A stretch of DNA of 64,000 bases. It comes from Anolis carolinensis. Lineage: Eukaryota. The position numbers and the translations under genes were made by a program. The notes beneath the pieces are model-generated. The model was given only the letters and a program-made list of their open reading frames with translations. It made no database searches and was not told the origin of the DNA. Each line of letters opens with the position of its first letter. The stretch's first letter is position 1. The DNA lies in contig NC_085842.1 of assembly GCF_035594765.1 (NCBI RefSeq), positions 8,927,256 through 8,991,255 on the forward strand, read 5' to 3'. This document shows positions 35,402 through 47,279 of the stretch, one piece after another.

Positions 35402-35933
35402 TTATTATTATTATTATTATCATTATTATTATTATATTGCTTTAATGTGCCTTCAAGTTATATCTGTAAATAATCACACCACTTTTGTGTTCAGAAGCTG
35501 CCATTTCCAGCTCACTTTACCTTCGTCACCAGGCCGCTGCCTAGAGAACAACAGCAGCAAAAAAGGGAAAGAACTTTGTGGAAACGTATCTGATTTTTCC
35601 ATGCCAAGGAAAAGGTTTTGCCTAGTGTAGGTTTGGGTGGAGTGCAGCCTGCTTCACGAGACCCTTATTTGACGGATAAACTCTGTCTGGCCAGGAAGGG
35701 AGGGATGTGCTGAGTGAGGAAAAGGCAAAAACAACCAGCATTGTCCTTTAACTTGATATTTAGTCTTAAACACACAGTAACTTTCTGATAGCACAGGCCT
35801 ACTAGCACAGATGAGTTGAACAATAAACTTATTCTGACTACAAGTCGGGGGTCCAGGGATTGGGTGGGAGGGAGGGAGAGGTACAGGGACTTTGGTCCTT
35901 TCCCCGACCCACCTTATCCTGTCCCACCCCCAG

Positions 35934-36101
35934 AGTCCAAGGGGCCTTCCCGGGCCCTTCCCGGAGACGGCTGAGAACGTGCTCTGCAGCCTGGGCCTGG
36001 CCATCGGCATCCTGGGCATCATCGTGGGCACCGTCCTCTTCTTCAAGGCCATGAGGATGACCTACCGCAACAGCCGTGGAGGACAAAGTGGTGGCCTGTG
36101 A
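35934..36101 (+). CDS. MHC class II alpha exon 4 (connecting peptide, TM, cytoplasmic tail)
   Basis: PETAENVLCSLGLAIGILGIIVGTVLFFKAMR..., the class II alpha TM signature; acceptor cccacccccAG| at 35933; one base out of frame with exon 3. Confidence 0.92.
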   Translation, partial: SPRGLPGPFPETAENVLCSLGLAIGILGIIVGTVLFFKAMRMTYRNSRGGQSGGL

Positions 36102-36310
36102 GTCCAGTCTGTTCCAATTCAGGAACCTGGCTGAGCTGAGAAGCAATGGGCTAGACAAGGGGCAACTGCGGACCCCTAGGCAAAGTTGCCATGGAGGGAG
36201 AGGGCGGGGGCCAGTTTTGTAGAAAATGTTCTTTGCTGGTCACCATCAATTGAGCTGGACATGTAGATGGGCTTCTCCGGCTGTGCTTTGTATATAGCTG
36301 TAATTACTGC

Positions 36311-36316
36311 AATAAA
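36311..36316 (+). terminator. Polyadenylation signal of the MHC class II alpha gene
   Basis: AATAAA 210 nt after the stop, followed by a GT-rich tract at 36349-36368. Confidence 0.7.
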
Positions 36317-37129
36317 AGATAAGAACTGCCAGGTTCGGCTGACAGCTGCGTGTGTATGTATGTTTGTGCATCTAAGCAGATTGCTAGATCACCGACGGAG
36401 GGAAAATTGAGACGGGAAGGTGAATAAGTCTCAATTTAACCCTCACACTGACAGAGGCAAGGATGCTTTCCTCAGGACGAAGATTGGAGTCCTGGAGTCA
36501 ATCCTGACCTTGAGTCACACCAGGATCCCACCTGCTCCAGGGATGCTTCAGTGAATCTGTACTCCAAATGTGAGTCCCTGTTGACCTGAATGCAGAAATG
36601 CTGAAGCCCTCACAGTGATACGAGTGCGTGGATCTTGCTCAGCCCTGCTCCTCAGGCCTTCCATCCTCAGGGAATCTGCCGAGAGATAGAGAAGCTCCTT
36701 TCCCAGCAGCTGCCTCTGCAACCTCCTCTCCGGACTGCTGCTCTCACCATCGATCCCAAGGCCAGCTTCTCTGCCACCATCAGCCACAAGAGCCCCCATT
36801 TGCTCTCTCCTGACTCCCCCATGGAACCCACTGGAGAGTCAAATCAAGGAGACCGGATGCAACCGCCTCAGTGCTCCTCCAGTATCCATCCCTTTGAATG
36901 TATTCCAGCATCAGCCACAGGAGCAAATATATGTGACGGCTGAGATTGGTTGTTGTGTGCCTTCAAGTTGTGTCCAGCTCAGGTGCAGAGCTTTGCCCTT
37001 GCCTTCCTCTGAGAGGGTGTGATTTGCCCAGGGTCGCCTGATGGGCTTCCATGGCTGAATGGGGTCTAAACCCTGTTCTCCAGAGTCCTAGTCCAGCACT
37101 CCAGTGCCCATTAATATCTCCCTCTAGGC

Positions 37130-37494
37130 CCGTAGTTCTGAACCTGTGGGCCGTGACAACAAAGATCCAGTCCGTGAACCTCCTTCCTCTTTATTTATTT
37201 ATTTTATTAATTTTTTTCGTTCCTTTCCACTGAGCTGACCATTGCATTGGATGGACCACATCAGCTCTAGATTATTAAATATGGTTTTCTGTGGTTGAGC
37301 AGATGGCGACTACTGGATGGCCTATGTTCTGTATCAGAAACTAGAGCTGATGTGGTCTGTCCAATGCAATTTTTTTGAATCAGCACCCCAAATAACCAAA
37401 CTGAATCCAAAGTTGACCAAAAACTGTTTTTGTAACCCTTTTGGTACTAATGTTGGAGAGGGGTCCCCGGTCAAAAAAAGGTTGGGAACCTCTG
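37130..37494. mobile_element. hAT-type MITE
   Basis: Same internal sequence as the 46983/52252 element; flanks CTCTAGGC / CTCTAGGT. Confidence 0.7.
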
Positions 37495-37506
37495 CTCTAG
37501 GTCTTC

Positions 37507-37915
37507 ATAGAATCCTAGACTCCTAGAGATGGAAGAGACCTCGTGGGCCATCCAGTCCAACCCCCTTCTGCCAAGAAACAGGAAAATCACATTCAAAGTC
37601 CCCCATCTCCTCTACAGATGCCATCCAGCCTCTGTTTAGAAGCCTCCAAAGAGGGAGCCTCAACCACACTCTGGGGCAGAGAGTTCCACTGCTGAACAGC
37701 AATCCCTCAGAGTTAGGAAGTTCTTCTAATGTTCTGGTCTAATCTCCTTTCCTGTAGTTTGAAGCCCTGGTTCCATTGCGTCCTGGTCTCCAGGGCAGAA
37801 GAAGACAAGCCTGCTCCTTCCTCCCTATGCCTCTCCCTCACGTATTTATCCCTGGTCCTCCTCGTGTCTCCTCTCCGCCTTCTCTTCTGCAGGCTCAACA
37901 GGCCCAGCTCTTTGG
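37507..37915 (-). mobile_element. CR1 3' fragment
   Basis: KELGLLSLQKRR...GFKLQERR plus tail. Confidence 0.85.
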
Positions 37916-38223
37916 GAGAGAGCCTTTTCCCGTTCTGCGTCTCCCTGAGGGAACTCTCCTCTAACATTGCTTCAGCCAGAAGGAGACACCCATCTTATCT
38001 GGTGAAGCTAGAATTGCACAGAGACCCTAAAATCTCTATTTGGGGGAAAGAGGTCTTGCCTTCTATTACTCTTCCAGAGCAATTTTGCAAAATCCTAACT
38101 GTATTTGAAATAAAACTTACATACTGAAGCTGAATCTTAAAATGAGCTTTAATAGCACACATATCCTTTATACTGCTTTAAATCCATTAGATTGCTTTTA
38201 CTGTGCACAACCCTGAGTCCTCT

Positions 38224-38585
38224 TGTGATGTCTTACTGGGTTCCTAAACCCTACTTATTATATAGCTTATGTATTACCTCATAGCTTATGTACTTACCTT
38301 ATGTACTTACCATATAGTTATTATACCTCATAGCCTTGTACTTACCACATAGTTATTATAGTTTGGATAGTATACCTCATAGTGAAGTACTTACCTTATA
38401 GTTCACCTCATATTTCTAATACAGTAAAAGGTTTATTTCCCGTGTTCAATAAATATATTTTTGGTTATCTTTAATCAGCTTCTAGACTGTTTACTTTGGG
38501 GTTTGAGGTATAATTAAAGGGTAAACCGAACGCCGCTTGGGTAGCCAGACCTAGAGAGAGCCATTTCCCCCAGCGTGCCTTCACA
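38224..38585 (+). mobile_element. Possible solo LTR with internal short tandem repeats
   Basis: TGTGA...TCACA ends, AATAAA at 38448, repeated catagcttatgtacttac; no TSD recognised. Confidence 0.35.
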
Positions 38586-38989
38586 ATAGTGTTAAAATGC
38601 ATATGTAGTTAGATTCATCCGCTGACGCCTTTCACGTACGCCTCGATTCAAGCCATATCACCTCAGATACTTATTCCTTGAACGCTTGAGCACACAGCCA
38701 CGTCTTCACTGCTTTCCTAAAACTTAGGAGTGTTGGGGCTTGTCAAATACTACTGGGGAGAGCATTCCACAAACGGGAAGCCACTACCAAGAAGGCCCTG
38801 TCCCTCGTTCACACCAGACGAGCCTGCGAGGCAAGTGAGACCAAGAGCAGAGCCTCCCCAGATGATCTCAACAACCTAGTTCGTTCATAGGAGGAGATAC
38901 GTTCGGACAAGTAGTTTGGGCCAGACGAGGCCCCTCTGCCGGCCCCTCCTAGGGAGACCTAAATATTTAATTTAGCCTAGGGTTCGTAA

Positions 38990-41000
38990 AAAAATACTTA
39001 TAGTTCCAAATCGGTCTCCTGCAATAGTTAATCTGAGTACCCAGATTAAAGGTGGCGCTGTTTAACGCCAGGTCTGTCAACCTATTCAGGACATGCAGAC
39101 CTGGCGTGTATAACGGAGACCTGGTTGGACGAGGCTGGAGGGGTTAATCTTACCCAGCTCTGCCCACCAGGCTACTCCGTGTAGCACCAACCGAGATCTG
39201 GAGGGTGGGAAGGTGGGGTCGCAATGGTCTATAGGGATTCCATCTCCCTGACCAGGCGCCCATCCTGCAGTCAACCATGTTTGAATGTGTCCACCTGAGG
39301 GTAGGAGACCAGGACAGATTACGGATTATGGTAATGTACTATCCACCCCGCTGCACTACAGTTTCCCTGCCTGAGCTAGCCGGGGTGGTCTCGGGCCTGG
39401 CATTGGAGTCCCAGCGGCTCATAGTGCTGGGGGACATCAAGGTCCATGCCAAGACCAACCTCTGAGGAGCAGCTCAGGACTTCATGGCCTCCATGGCAAC
39501 CATGGGGCTGTCCCAATTACCCCGTTTCCCCGAAAATAAGTAGTAGAAGTTTTGTTGAATTGCTAAATATAAGGCTTCCCCCGAAAGTAAGACCTAGCAA
39601 AGTTTTTGTTTGGAAGCTGCCCAGCGCCTGCCAAACAGAACACCAGAGCATTCAGGATTGGTAAATGTACATACCAGTTGTACATGGAAATAATGGTAGT
39701 AACAAGAAATTCTTGATAGGATTCAGTTTGTCTGGTTATGCTGGTTTGTGATGACAACTACTGCACAGTATATAATAAATGTTCATTTTTTTGTTCAACA
39801 ATAAATGTGAAATCTTCTTCATGGAAAAATGAGACATCCCCTGAAAATAAGACCTAGCACATCTTTGGCAGCAAAAATTAATATAAGACACTGTCTTATT
39901 TTCGGGGAAACACGGTAGTAACAGGCTCTACCCACAGAAGTGGACACACATTGGATCTGGTTTTCTGCCAAGGATGGGAGGAAGGTGGCGGTGTGGAGGA
40001 GCTGACCATCGCTCTGTTACCATGGACCAGCCATCACCTGATCAGATTTAAGGCTTACTGCGCACCTCCCCCCAACCTCTGTGGCGGTGGAGGACCTATT
40101 AAAATGGTCTGTCCCAGGAGGCTTATGGATCCAGAAGGATTCCTGATAGCTTTGAGGAATTTCCCGCCACCGCGATAGGTGATTCTGTCGATGCTCTGGC
40201 CTCATTCTGGATAGGGGAGATGACTAGGGCAATAGACACGATTGCTCTGTAACGTCCCCCTCTCGAGTAACCGAGCTAAACCAGTTCCTTGGTTCACCGA
40301 GGAGCTGGCAGCGATGAAGCAAAAGAAGAGGGAACTAGAGTGTGTGTGGCGTCTAGAGCATAGCGAGTCAGACCCAACACGGCTATGGACCTATCTAAGG
40401 ACACATGCCGCAGCAATAGAAGCCGCAAAGAAAGCTTACTTTGCGGTCAATATTGCATCCGCAAAGAACCGTCTGGAGGAGCTGTTTCGTGTTGTCAGAG
40501 GGTTGTTGAATCCCACCACTCAAGGTGGGATCCCCGACAACTCGGCAGCCCGCTGTGAAGCACTTGCTCAGTTCTTTGCGGACATAGTTCTGATTCGCTT
40601 CGGCTTTGATGCCACATTGACGGCAGTCTCTGAGGATGTAACACGAGCACCTGCTTATCTAGTTTTTATGGATTCATTTCAATTGGTTGAGCTCAAGGAC
40701 ATGGACAAGATCCTTAGAGAGGCGAGTCCAACCACATGAATCCTAGACCCCTACCCATCCTGGCTGGTGAGAGAAGCCAGAGGGGGATTGGCCGAGTGGG
40801 TGAAGGTGGTGGCATATTTCCAGCGAGCCACAAAATAGCTGTGATCAAACCGCTGTTGAAAAAGCCATCCCTGGACCCCACTCAATTTGTCAACTTTCAG
40901 CCAATTTCCAATCTCCCCTTTTTGGGCAAGGTCGTGGAACATGTGGTTGCCTTGCAACTCCAGGGATTCTTGGTAGACACCGATTTTCTAGATCTGGGAC
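38990..41000 (+). mobile_element. Degenerate L2 ORF2 (APE to pre-RT) with a nested Tc2-type MITE (39520-39915)
   Basis: ITETWLDE, LIVLGD, PWFTEEL, QPISNLPFLGK across broken frames; MITE TIRs ..TTTCCCCGAAAATAAG / CTTATTTTCGGGGAAA.. with TA flanks. Confidence 0.85.
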
Positions 41001-41694
41001 TTCATCATCTTTCCAAAAATTACTTTTCCTAATTAAGGTCAAGACATGTGCTCCACCTGTCCCTCTTTTCCACAAAGGCCAAGGCCCAGTGCTTTGCAAG
41101 CCCAGTCTTCCTCCTGATGGAGGCCAGGCCTTGGGTCTCAGTCGGGATCCCCTCCCAGGCACAGAGGGCAGTTTTGGGGTGTCCAGATGCCCTGCCAGTG
41201 CCTCTCCCTTCTTCTCATCCTTCCCCAGCGAGGGGAGGGTTCCTTCTGCTGCCACTCAGCCCATTCATGTTTGATGGAACAAGAGACTCGGGAAGAAAGA
41301 GAAGTACGTTTTAGTGTGGGAGGAATGGGAAGCCAATGAAAGGGAAAGGATTCCAAGACTCTCTCTGGATGACCCCAAAGAGGCTGGAGAGCGACCTGCG
41401 GAGGATGCTCTGGCTGGTGACGCCGCTTGGAGCAGAATGGGGCTGGACTCCACGACCCACGGGATCAGTGGTTTCATGGCTGAAGAACACACCTCTCCTC
41501 CTCCTCCCAGTCAGTTTGGCTTGTCTGCTGATGGGCTCATCATCATCAGACCATGCAGGAACAAACCACCAAAGCACCCCCAACAGAAGACCATGCTGTT
41601 TCTGCTTACAAACCTTTAGATGAGACTCTTATGGACTCCCAGTAGGAGCATACTCCACTACTGAACTGCTCTTACCTTCAGGAAATTCTTTCTA

Positions 41695-42270
41695 TTGTTT
41701 ATTTATTTATTTATTTATTTTTCAAACTTATATGCCGCCACTCCCCTAGGGCTCGGGGCGGCTTACAAGAACCGGCTAAAACAACAATTTAAAAACATCT
41801 TTAAACCATCTTTAAAAAAACATCTTAAAAACATCCTAAAAGCACCTTTTAAAACATCAATAACAGAACTCAAAAGCCTGCCGAAACAAGTGCGTCTTAC
41901 ATGCCCTGCGGAAGGCCAACAAGTCCCGCAGGGCACGGACTTCAGGTGGCAAGGTGTTCCAGAGAGATGGCGCCACTACTGAAAAGGCTCTGCGTCTAGT
42001 TGCAGTTAGACACAAGGTCTTAAAACTGGGGACTTCCAACAGGTCTTGGTCCTCAGAACGGAGGGATCTCTGGGGTTTGTAGGGGGTGAGGTGGTCCCTC
42101 AGGTACATCGGCCCTAGACCATGCAAGGCCTTAAAGGTAAGCACCATCACTTTGAAAGTGATCCGGTGCTCAATTGGTAGCCAGTGCAGCTGACGTAAGA
42201 TTGGTGTTATGTGGCATCTCATTGGGACTCCCGCAAGGAGCCGGGCAGCTGCATTTTGCACCAAGTTTAG
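41695..42270 (-). mobile_element. L2 3' fragment
   Basis: LVQNAAARLL...HITPILRQLHWLP...RAFSVVAPSLWNTLP; (TAAA)n tail. Confidence 0.88.
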
Positions 42271-43741
42271 GTGAGGCCTGCACAACTGGTCATTGTTAGC
42301 AAGGGAAGGAAGGAAAGGAGAAGCAGAGTAAAACACACACACAACACCCCTGCTAGACAGGCAGGTGAATTCAGTCCTCTTGCGGCCTCCTCCAGCTACG
42401 CAATGGGACAGACTGTCTCCTAGGCAAGGAGTTGATCCCAACCCCCAAAACAGTGCAGAGTCCTGGTCACAGTTTCACAGCCTCTGGCCTTGTAAAGTAG
42501 CTCATCTCTCTGAATAAACACTCTTGAGTTCTGACTTTCATCCAAAGTCCTTGGAGGTTTTATTCTTGATTCAGTTGCTACTCATAATTATTTACAGGTT
42601 TTCTCTTAATATACAAAGATACTCACAAACACAAGAAGAACTTCACACAACAAGGATGGCGATGGATTACACATGCCGACAATTAGGGCAAGGCCTCTAA
42701 CCAATGGCAGACAGGAAGTCACATGGCAGAGAAGGAAGGGCACATGGAAGCCACCCCCAATCTTCCTTCCGGAGGACAGGAAACGACTCGGGTGTCCCTC
42801 TAGGATCATCTTCTCTGTTTCCTTAACCATTTGGAGTACTGAGCTGTGAACACAAGTCTATTCAGAACTGTATCGTTACACACTGGAGATACGTATAATG
42901 CATTCCTATCTATTCCACCTTTTTCTACCCGACAGTCAGGGGATCCTATAAACCCAAAAGACATTGGGTGCCCTACTCCTCCCTCCCTGCCGAGGGAGAA
43001 GACCTTCCTTCTTTTTTCCAAGCTAAACATACCCAGCTGTCTCAGCCTTTCCCTACATCCCGTCTCTGGAAATATTCTAGCTTGTCAATATCCGTCTTGT
43101 CTCCCTCAATGGACTGTCACCCTGCCGTGGTGAGGGGGCTTGCGTGTTCCAATGAACCTGTGGGCACAACCTCAAGTTAAACATGAGCCAACAATGTGAT
43201 GTGGCCGCTTAAAAGGCCAATGGGATTTTGGCCTGCATAAACAGGAGTCTAGATCCAGAGAAATCAATTGCAATTGAATGCAATTTCCTGCTTCTTGGCA
43301 GGGGGTTGGACTGGATGGCCCACGAGGTCTCTTCCAACTCTAGGATTCTATGAGATCTTAGCTTCTGCTCATTTCAGATTTTTCACACATCATCCCAGAA
43401 TGGGATGCTTGGATGCTTTTCTTGATGAGGAGGAGGAAGTCAGGCTATCTTCTTCCAAATTGGCTGCAGTACTAAGATGGGACCGGCCCTCAGCAGCAGT
43501 TGACTAATGTCACACAAATTGCTGTCCATGAAAGATGGAGCACAAGGTGATGGCCTTCTTTGTCTTTGTCCACCTGCATAGGGATACAGTCCTTGTTTGG
43601 GGAAATGTAAAGGTTCTTTCAGGAAAACTAGGAAACTCAAAGGCAGGTTTCTTCCACTAGCCATATCTAAGTTTTTTGATGTCTAGTGCAAGCTGAATTT
43701 TTCCTGAAGCTCATTCTATATCCCATGCATTCTTGTGGCTT

Positions 43742-44899
43742 CTATTCTGTGTGGGTCCCTTGATGGGAACATAGATGCCCACTCTGACCGAAGCTCTCTC
43801 CACATTCCATGCATTTATAGGGTTTCTCCCCTGCATGGGTCCTTTGATGGGAACGCAGATGTCCACTCCGACCGAATCTCTTTCCACATTCCATGCACTG
43901 AAATGGCTTCTCTCCTGTGTGGATCCTTTGATGGGTAAGGAGATACCGACTGTGGCTGAAGCTCTTTCCACATTCCATGCATTCATACGGCTTCTCCCCC
44001 GTGTGGGTTCTTTGATGGCAACGCAGGTCTCCACTGTGAACAAAGCTCTTTCCACATTCTGTACATTGAAATGGCTTCTCTCCTGTGTGGGTCCTTTGAT
44101 GGGCAAGGAGATATCCATTCCGACTAAAGCTCTCTCCACATTCCATGCATTTATGGGGTTTCTCCCCTGTGTGGGTTCTTTCATGGGAACGGAGGTGTCC
44201 ACTCTGATTGAAGCTCTCTCCACATTCCATGCATTTATATGGCCTCTCTCCTGTGTGGATCCTTTGATGGGACTGCAGGTCCCCATTCTGACTGAAGCTC
44301 TTTCCACAATCCGTGCATTCATACGGCTTCTCCCCTGTGTGGGTCCTCTGATGAACATGCAGTTTGTCACTCTGACTGAAGCTCTTTCCACATTCCATGC
44401 ATTCATACGGCTTCTCCCCTGTGTGGGTCCTTTGATGGGAACGTAGACTACCACTGTGAATGTAGCTCTTTCCACATTCCATACATTGAAACGGCTTCTC
44501 TCCTGTGTGGGTCCTTTGATGGGTAAGGAGATATCCACTCCGACTGAAGCTCTTTCCACATTCCATGCATTGATATGGCTTCTCCCCTGTGTGCGTCCTT
44601 TGATGGGACTGCAGGTCCCCACTCTGACCAAACCTCTTTCCACATTCCGTGCATTCATACGGCTTCTCCCCTGTGTGGGTCCTCTGATGAACATGCAGTT
44701 TGTCAATCCGACTGAAGCTCTTTCCACATTCCATGCATTGATATGGCTTCTCCCCAGTGTGAGTCCGTTCATGCTTAACAAGAGAACTTCTCCCACTGAA
44801 ACTTTTACCACATATCATACACGTCTCTACCTTCTCCCCTGCCTGTGGTCTCAGATCGCAATGTAAATCATTTTCCATTCTTTTACATTTATGATTCAT
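43742..44899 (-). CDS. C2H2 (Kruppel-type) zinc-finger protein, 13 tandem fingers, 385 aa
   Basis: 13 CxxC-x12-HxxxH units with TGEKP linkers; exon acceptor tttcttctctttttctggcAG| at 45172; no KRAB or SCAN domain seen. Confidence 0.93.
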   Translation of the reverse strand: MNHKCKRMENDLHCDLRPQAGEKVETCMICGKSFSGRSSLVKHERTHTGEKPYQCMECGKSFSRIDKLHVHQRTHTGEKPYECTECGKRFGQSGDLQSHQRTHTGEKPYQCMECGKSFSRSGYLLTHQRTHTGEKPFQCMECGKSYIHSGSLRSHQRTHTGEKPYECMECGKSFSQSDKLHVHQRTHTGEKPYECTDCGKSFSQNGDLQSHQRIHTGERPYKCMECGESFNQSGHLRSHERTHTGEKPHKCMECGESFSRNGYLLAHQRTHTGEKPFQCTECGKSFVHSGDLRCHQRTHTGEKPYECMECGKSFSHSRYLLTHQRIHTGEKPFQCMECGKRFGRSGHLRSHQRTHAGEKPYKCMECGESFGQSGHLCSHQGTHTE

Positions 44900-45710
44900 A
44901 TACGATAGAAGCTCACAGATATGAACTGAACAGCACAGGATTTCCTCTTCTCAGTCTTTGTATTGCTGTAGTCTTCTGGACTCTTTCCCCTCTTTTTACA
45001 GCACAATCTTTCCTTTCCCCCTTGGTTACACAGGTATATAACCTGAAATATAGTTTCTCTTTATTTCTTGTTCTTGTCAGTGCCGTGTACCTTCAAGTCA
45101 TTTTAGACTTAGGGCATCCCTAGGACAAAGCTCTCACAAGATGTTCTTCACAAGACTTGTTCAGAGACTACCTGCCAGAAAAAGAGAAGAAAGTCTCATC
45201 AGGGGTTGACTAGGGAAAGATCTGATTGGACATGAAGAACAACAGCCTAGTGCTGTAGAGCACAGCCTGCCACGTCTCTATGGAGCTCTTGCCAGCCATG
45301 TGTCTCCTTCTCCTCTCAGACTGAGAGGAGAGCCAAGGCAGAGACATGTAGCTGCTGAGAGATCCTTGGAGCACTTGTCAGCTGCGTGTCTCCTTCTCAA
45401 CCTGAGGACGTGGTCGGCCACCATGTCCCAGGCTTAGAGAAAGACATGGCTGCCCAGGATTCTCCCCGTGCACCAACCACCCCCCCTTGAGCCAACTGCC
45501 CTTGGTCTCCACCTCCCTCCCAGACTGCCTTGCCCCGTCACCCCCCAACCCTATATGCGGCCCCCATGGAGAAATGTCTGTCCATGCCTGGCCTAACTTT
45601 TCCAAAGCTTGAGAGATTTTCCACTGAGTGGGTTTTTGAGCCTCCTCTTCCTCCCTTCCTTTCTCTTCAAGTCCTTCTGCACTCCTCCCGGCCCCGGTCT
45701 CAGAAAGGGC

Positions 45711-45787
45711 TTCCCTTCCTTCCTTCCTTCCTTCCTTCCTTCCTTCCTTCCTTCCTTCCTTCCTTCCTTCCTTCCTTCCTTCCTTCC
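45711..45787. repeat. (TTCC)n microsatellite
   Basis: Direct inspection. Confidence 0.95.
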
Positions 45788-45970
45788 CCACCCTGCCTTT
45801 GCTCATGAATGGGGAGTAGTGGATGTGTTGTGCGCGCCTTCCAAAGCTTTGCTTGTTTATAATGGTATTTTAATTATTATTTAATTAATTATTAATTATT
45901 TTGGGGTGCTTAGCTAGTGCTTTTGGTGCACAAAGGTAGAAGGGAGTTGGACTAAATGGCTCTTCCAACC

Positions 45971-46015
<45 letters not shown>

Positions 46016-46117
46016 GACAGAAGTACACAGTATAACACAGCAAACAAGAAATATATGCTGGATTCCATATCACAAAATCACAAGTTGAACACTTCCCAAG
46101 AGTTTAGGACTGTGTGA

Positions 46118-46120
<3 letters not shown>
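46016..46120 (-). mobile_element. Very short R4/Dong 3' end in (TTA)n
   Basis: cacagcaaacaag...tcacaaaatcacaagttgaacacttcccaag, with long (tta)n on both sides. Confidence 0.8.
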
Positions 46121-46162
<42 letters not shown>

Positions 46163-46982
46163 GAACATTGAGGCTGGGTGGCTATCTGTTGTGGGTGCTT
46201 TGCTTGTGCTTTTGTTGCACAAAGTAGAAGCGAGTTGGACTAAATGGCCCACGGGGTCTCTTCCAACCCTCTTTATTATTTTTATTCTGATTATGATTAA
46301 CATTGAGGCTGTATTTATTCCCATTTGTTTTTTTTTAACTTCAAAATAAGAGATGTGCAGTGTGCATAGGAATTTGTTCATAGTTCTTTTTTTTTCAACT
46401 TTCGTCCAGCCCTCCAACGGTCTGAGGGACCGTGATCTGGCCCCCTGTTCAAAAGGTTTGGGGTCCTCTGTTTTAAACTATTCTTATTAGTGGTTAATGA
46501 GTTGTATTTTATAGTTAAAAAATTGCTAAGAAGAAAGGTGTGATAATGCACAAAATAAATAATATATCAAAGTGAATAAAAAGAAGCAGTACTTCATTGT
46601 TGGCTGCATTGGACTATGGGATGACCTAGCGGAAGAAACCCGATCGCTAAATCAGCTGTCAATGACAGAACTCTCTTCCAGCAGGCTTGCCCAGATGATT
46701 TTAAAATGTGAATTTTAAATTTATTTTGCTAGTACTGGTGTTTTAATCTTTTGTTCTGCATATTTTAATATATGTAATATATGTAGATTGTTCCACTCTA
46801 AGCTGTGAAGGGAAGCAGGTCACAAATACAATTATTATTATTATTATTACTATTAAAATGGTTATCTCATCTAATATCATAAGATCTCTGGGTAGTTTAT
46901 TATCAAATCAGTTTAAGTCACTGAACGATTTAAAAGTTGAATAATTTAAAAGTTACAGCAGCCCAAAACCATGCATCTATAA

Positions 46983-47228
46983 CAGTGGTTCCCAACCTGT
47001 GGGCCATGGCCCACTGATGGGCCGCAAGATCTAAAAGGTCTGCCGCTCTAGATTATTAAATATGGTTTTCTGTGGGTGAGCAGATGGGGAATACTGGATG
47101 CCATATGTTCTGTATCAGAAACTAGAGCTGATGTGGTCTATCAATGCAATTTTCTGGATCAGCACCCCAAATAACCAAACTAAAGTTGACCAAAAACTGA
47201 TTCGTAACCCTTTTGGTACAACAACAAC

Positions 47229-47279
<51 letters not shown>

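Larger units (their letters stand above)
17364..36316 (+). pseudogene. MHC class II alpha-chain gene (DRA/B-LA-like), probably pseudogenised as assembled
   Basis: Promoter, four exons with phase-1 donors, stop at 36099-36101 and AATAAA at 36311; exon 3 lacks its 5' half and acceptor, and exon 4 is out of frame at its best acceptor. Confidence 0.8.

Noticed and set aside
36548-36943. Short ORFs on both strands downstream of the MHC gene (also 41311-41623)
   Set aside because: No recognisable domain or convincing splice structure; left unannotated, and a BLASTX search would settle it.
43711-44866. Long alternative-frame and antisense ORFs over the zinc-finger exon
   Set aside because: Typical shadow ORFs of the 84-bp C2H2 repeat.
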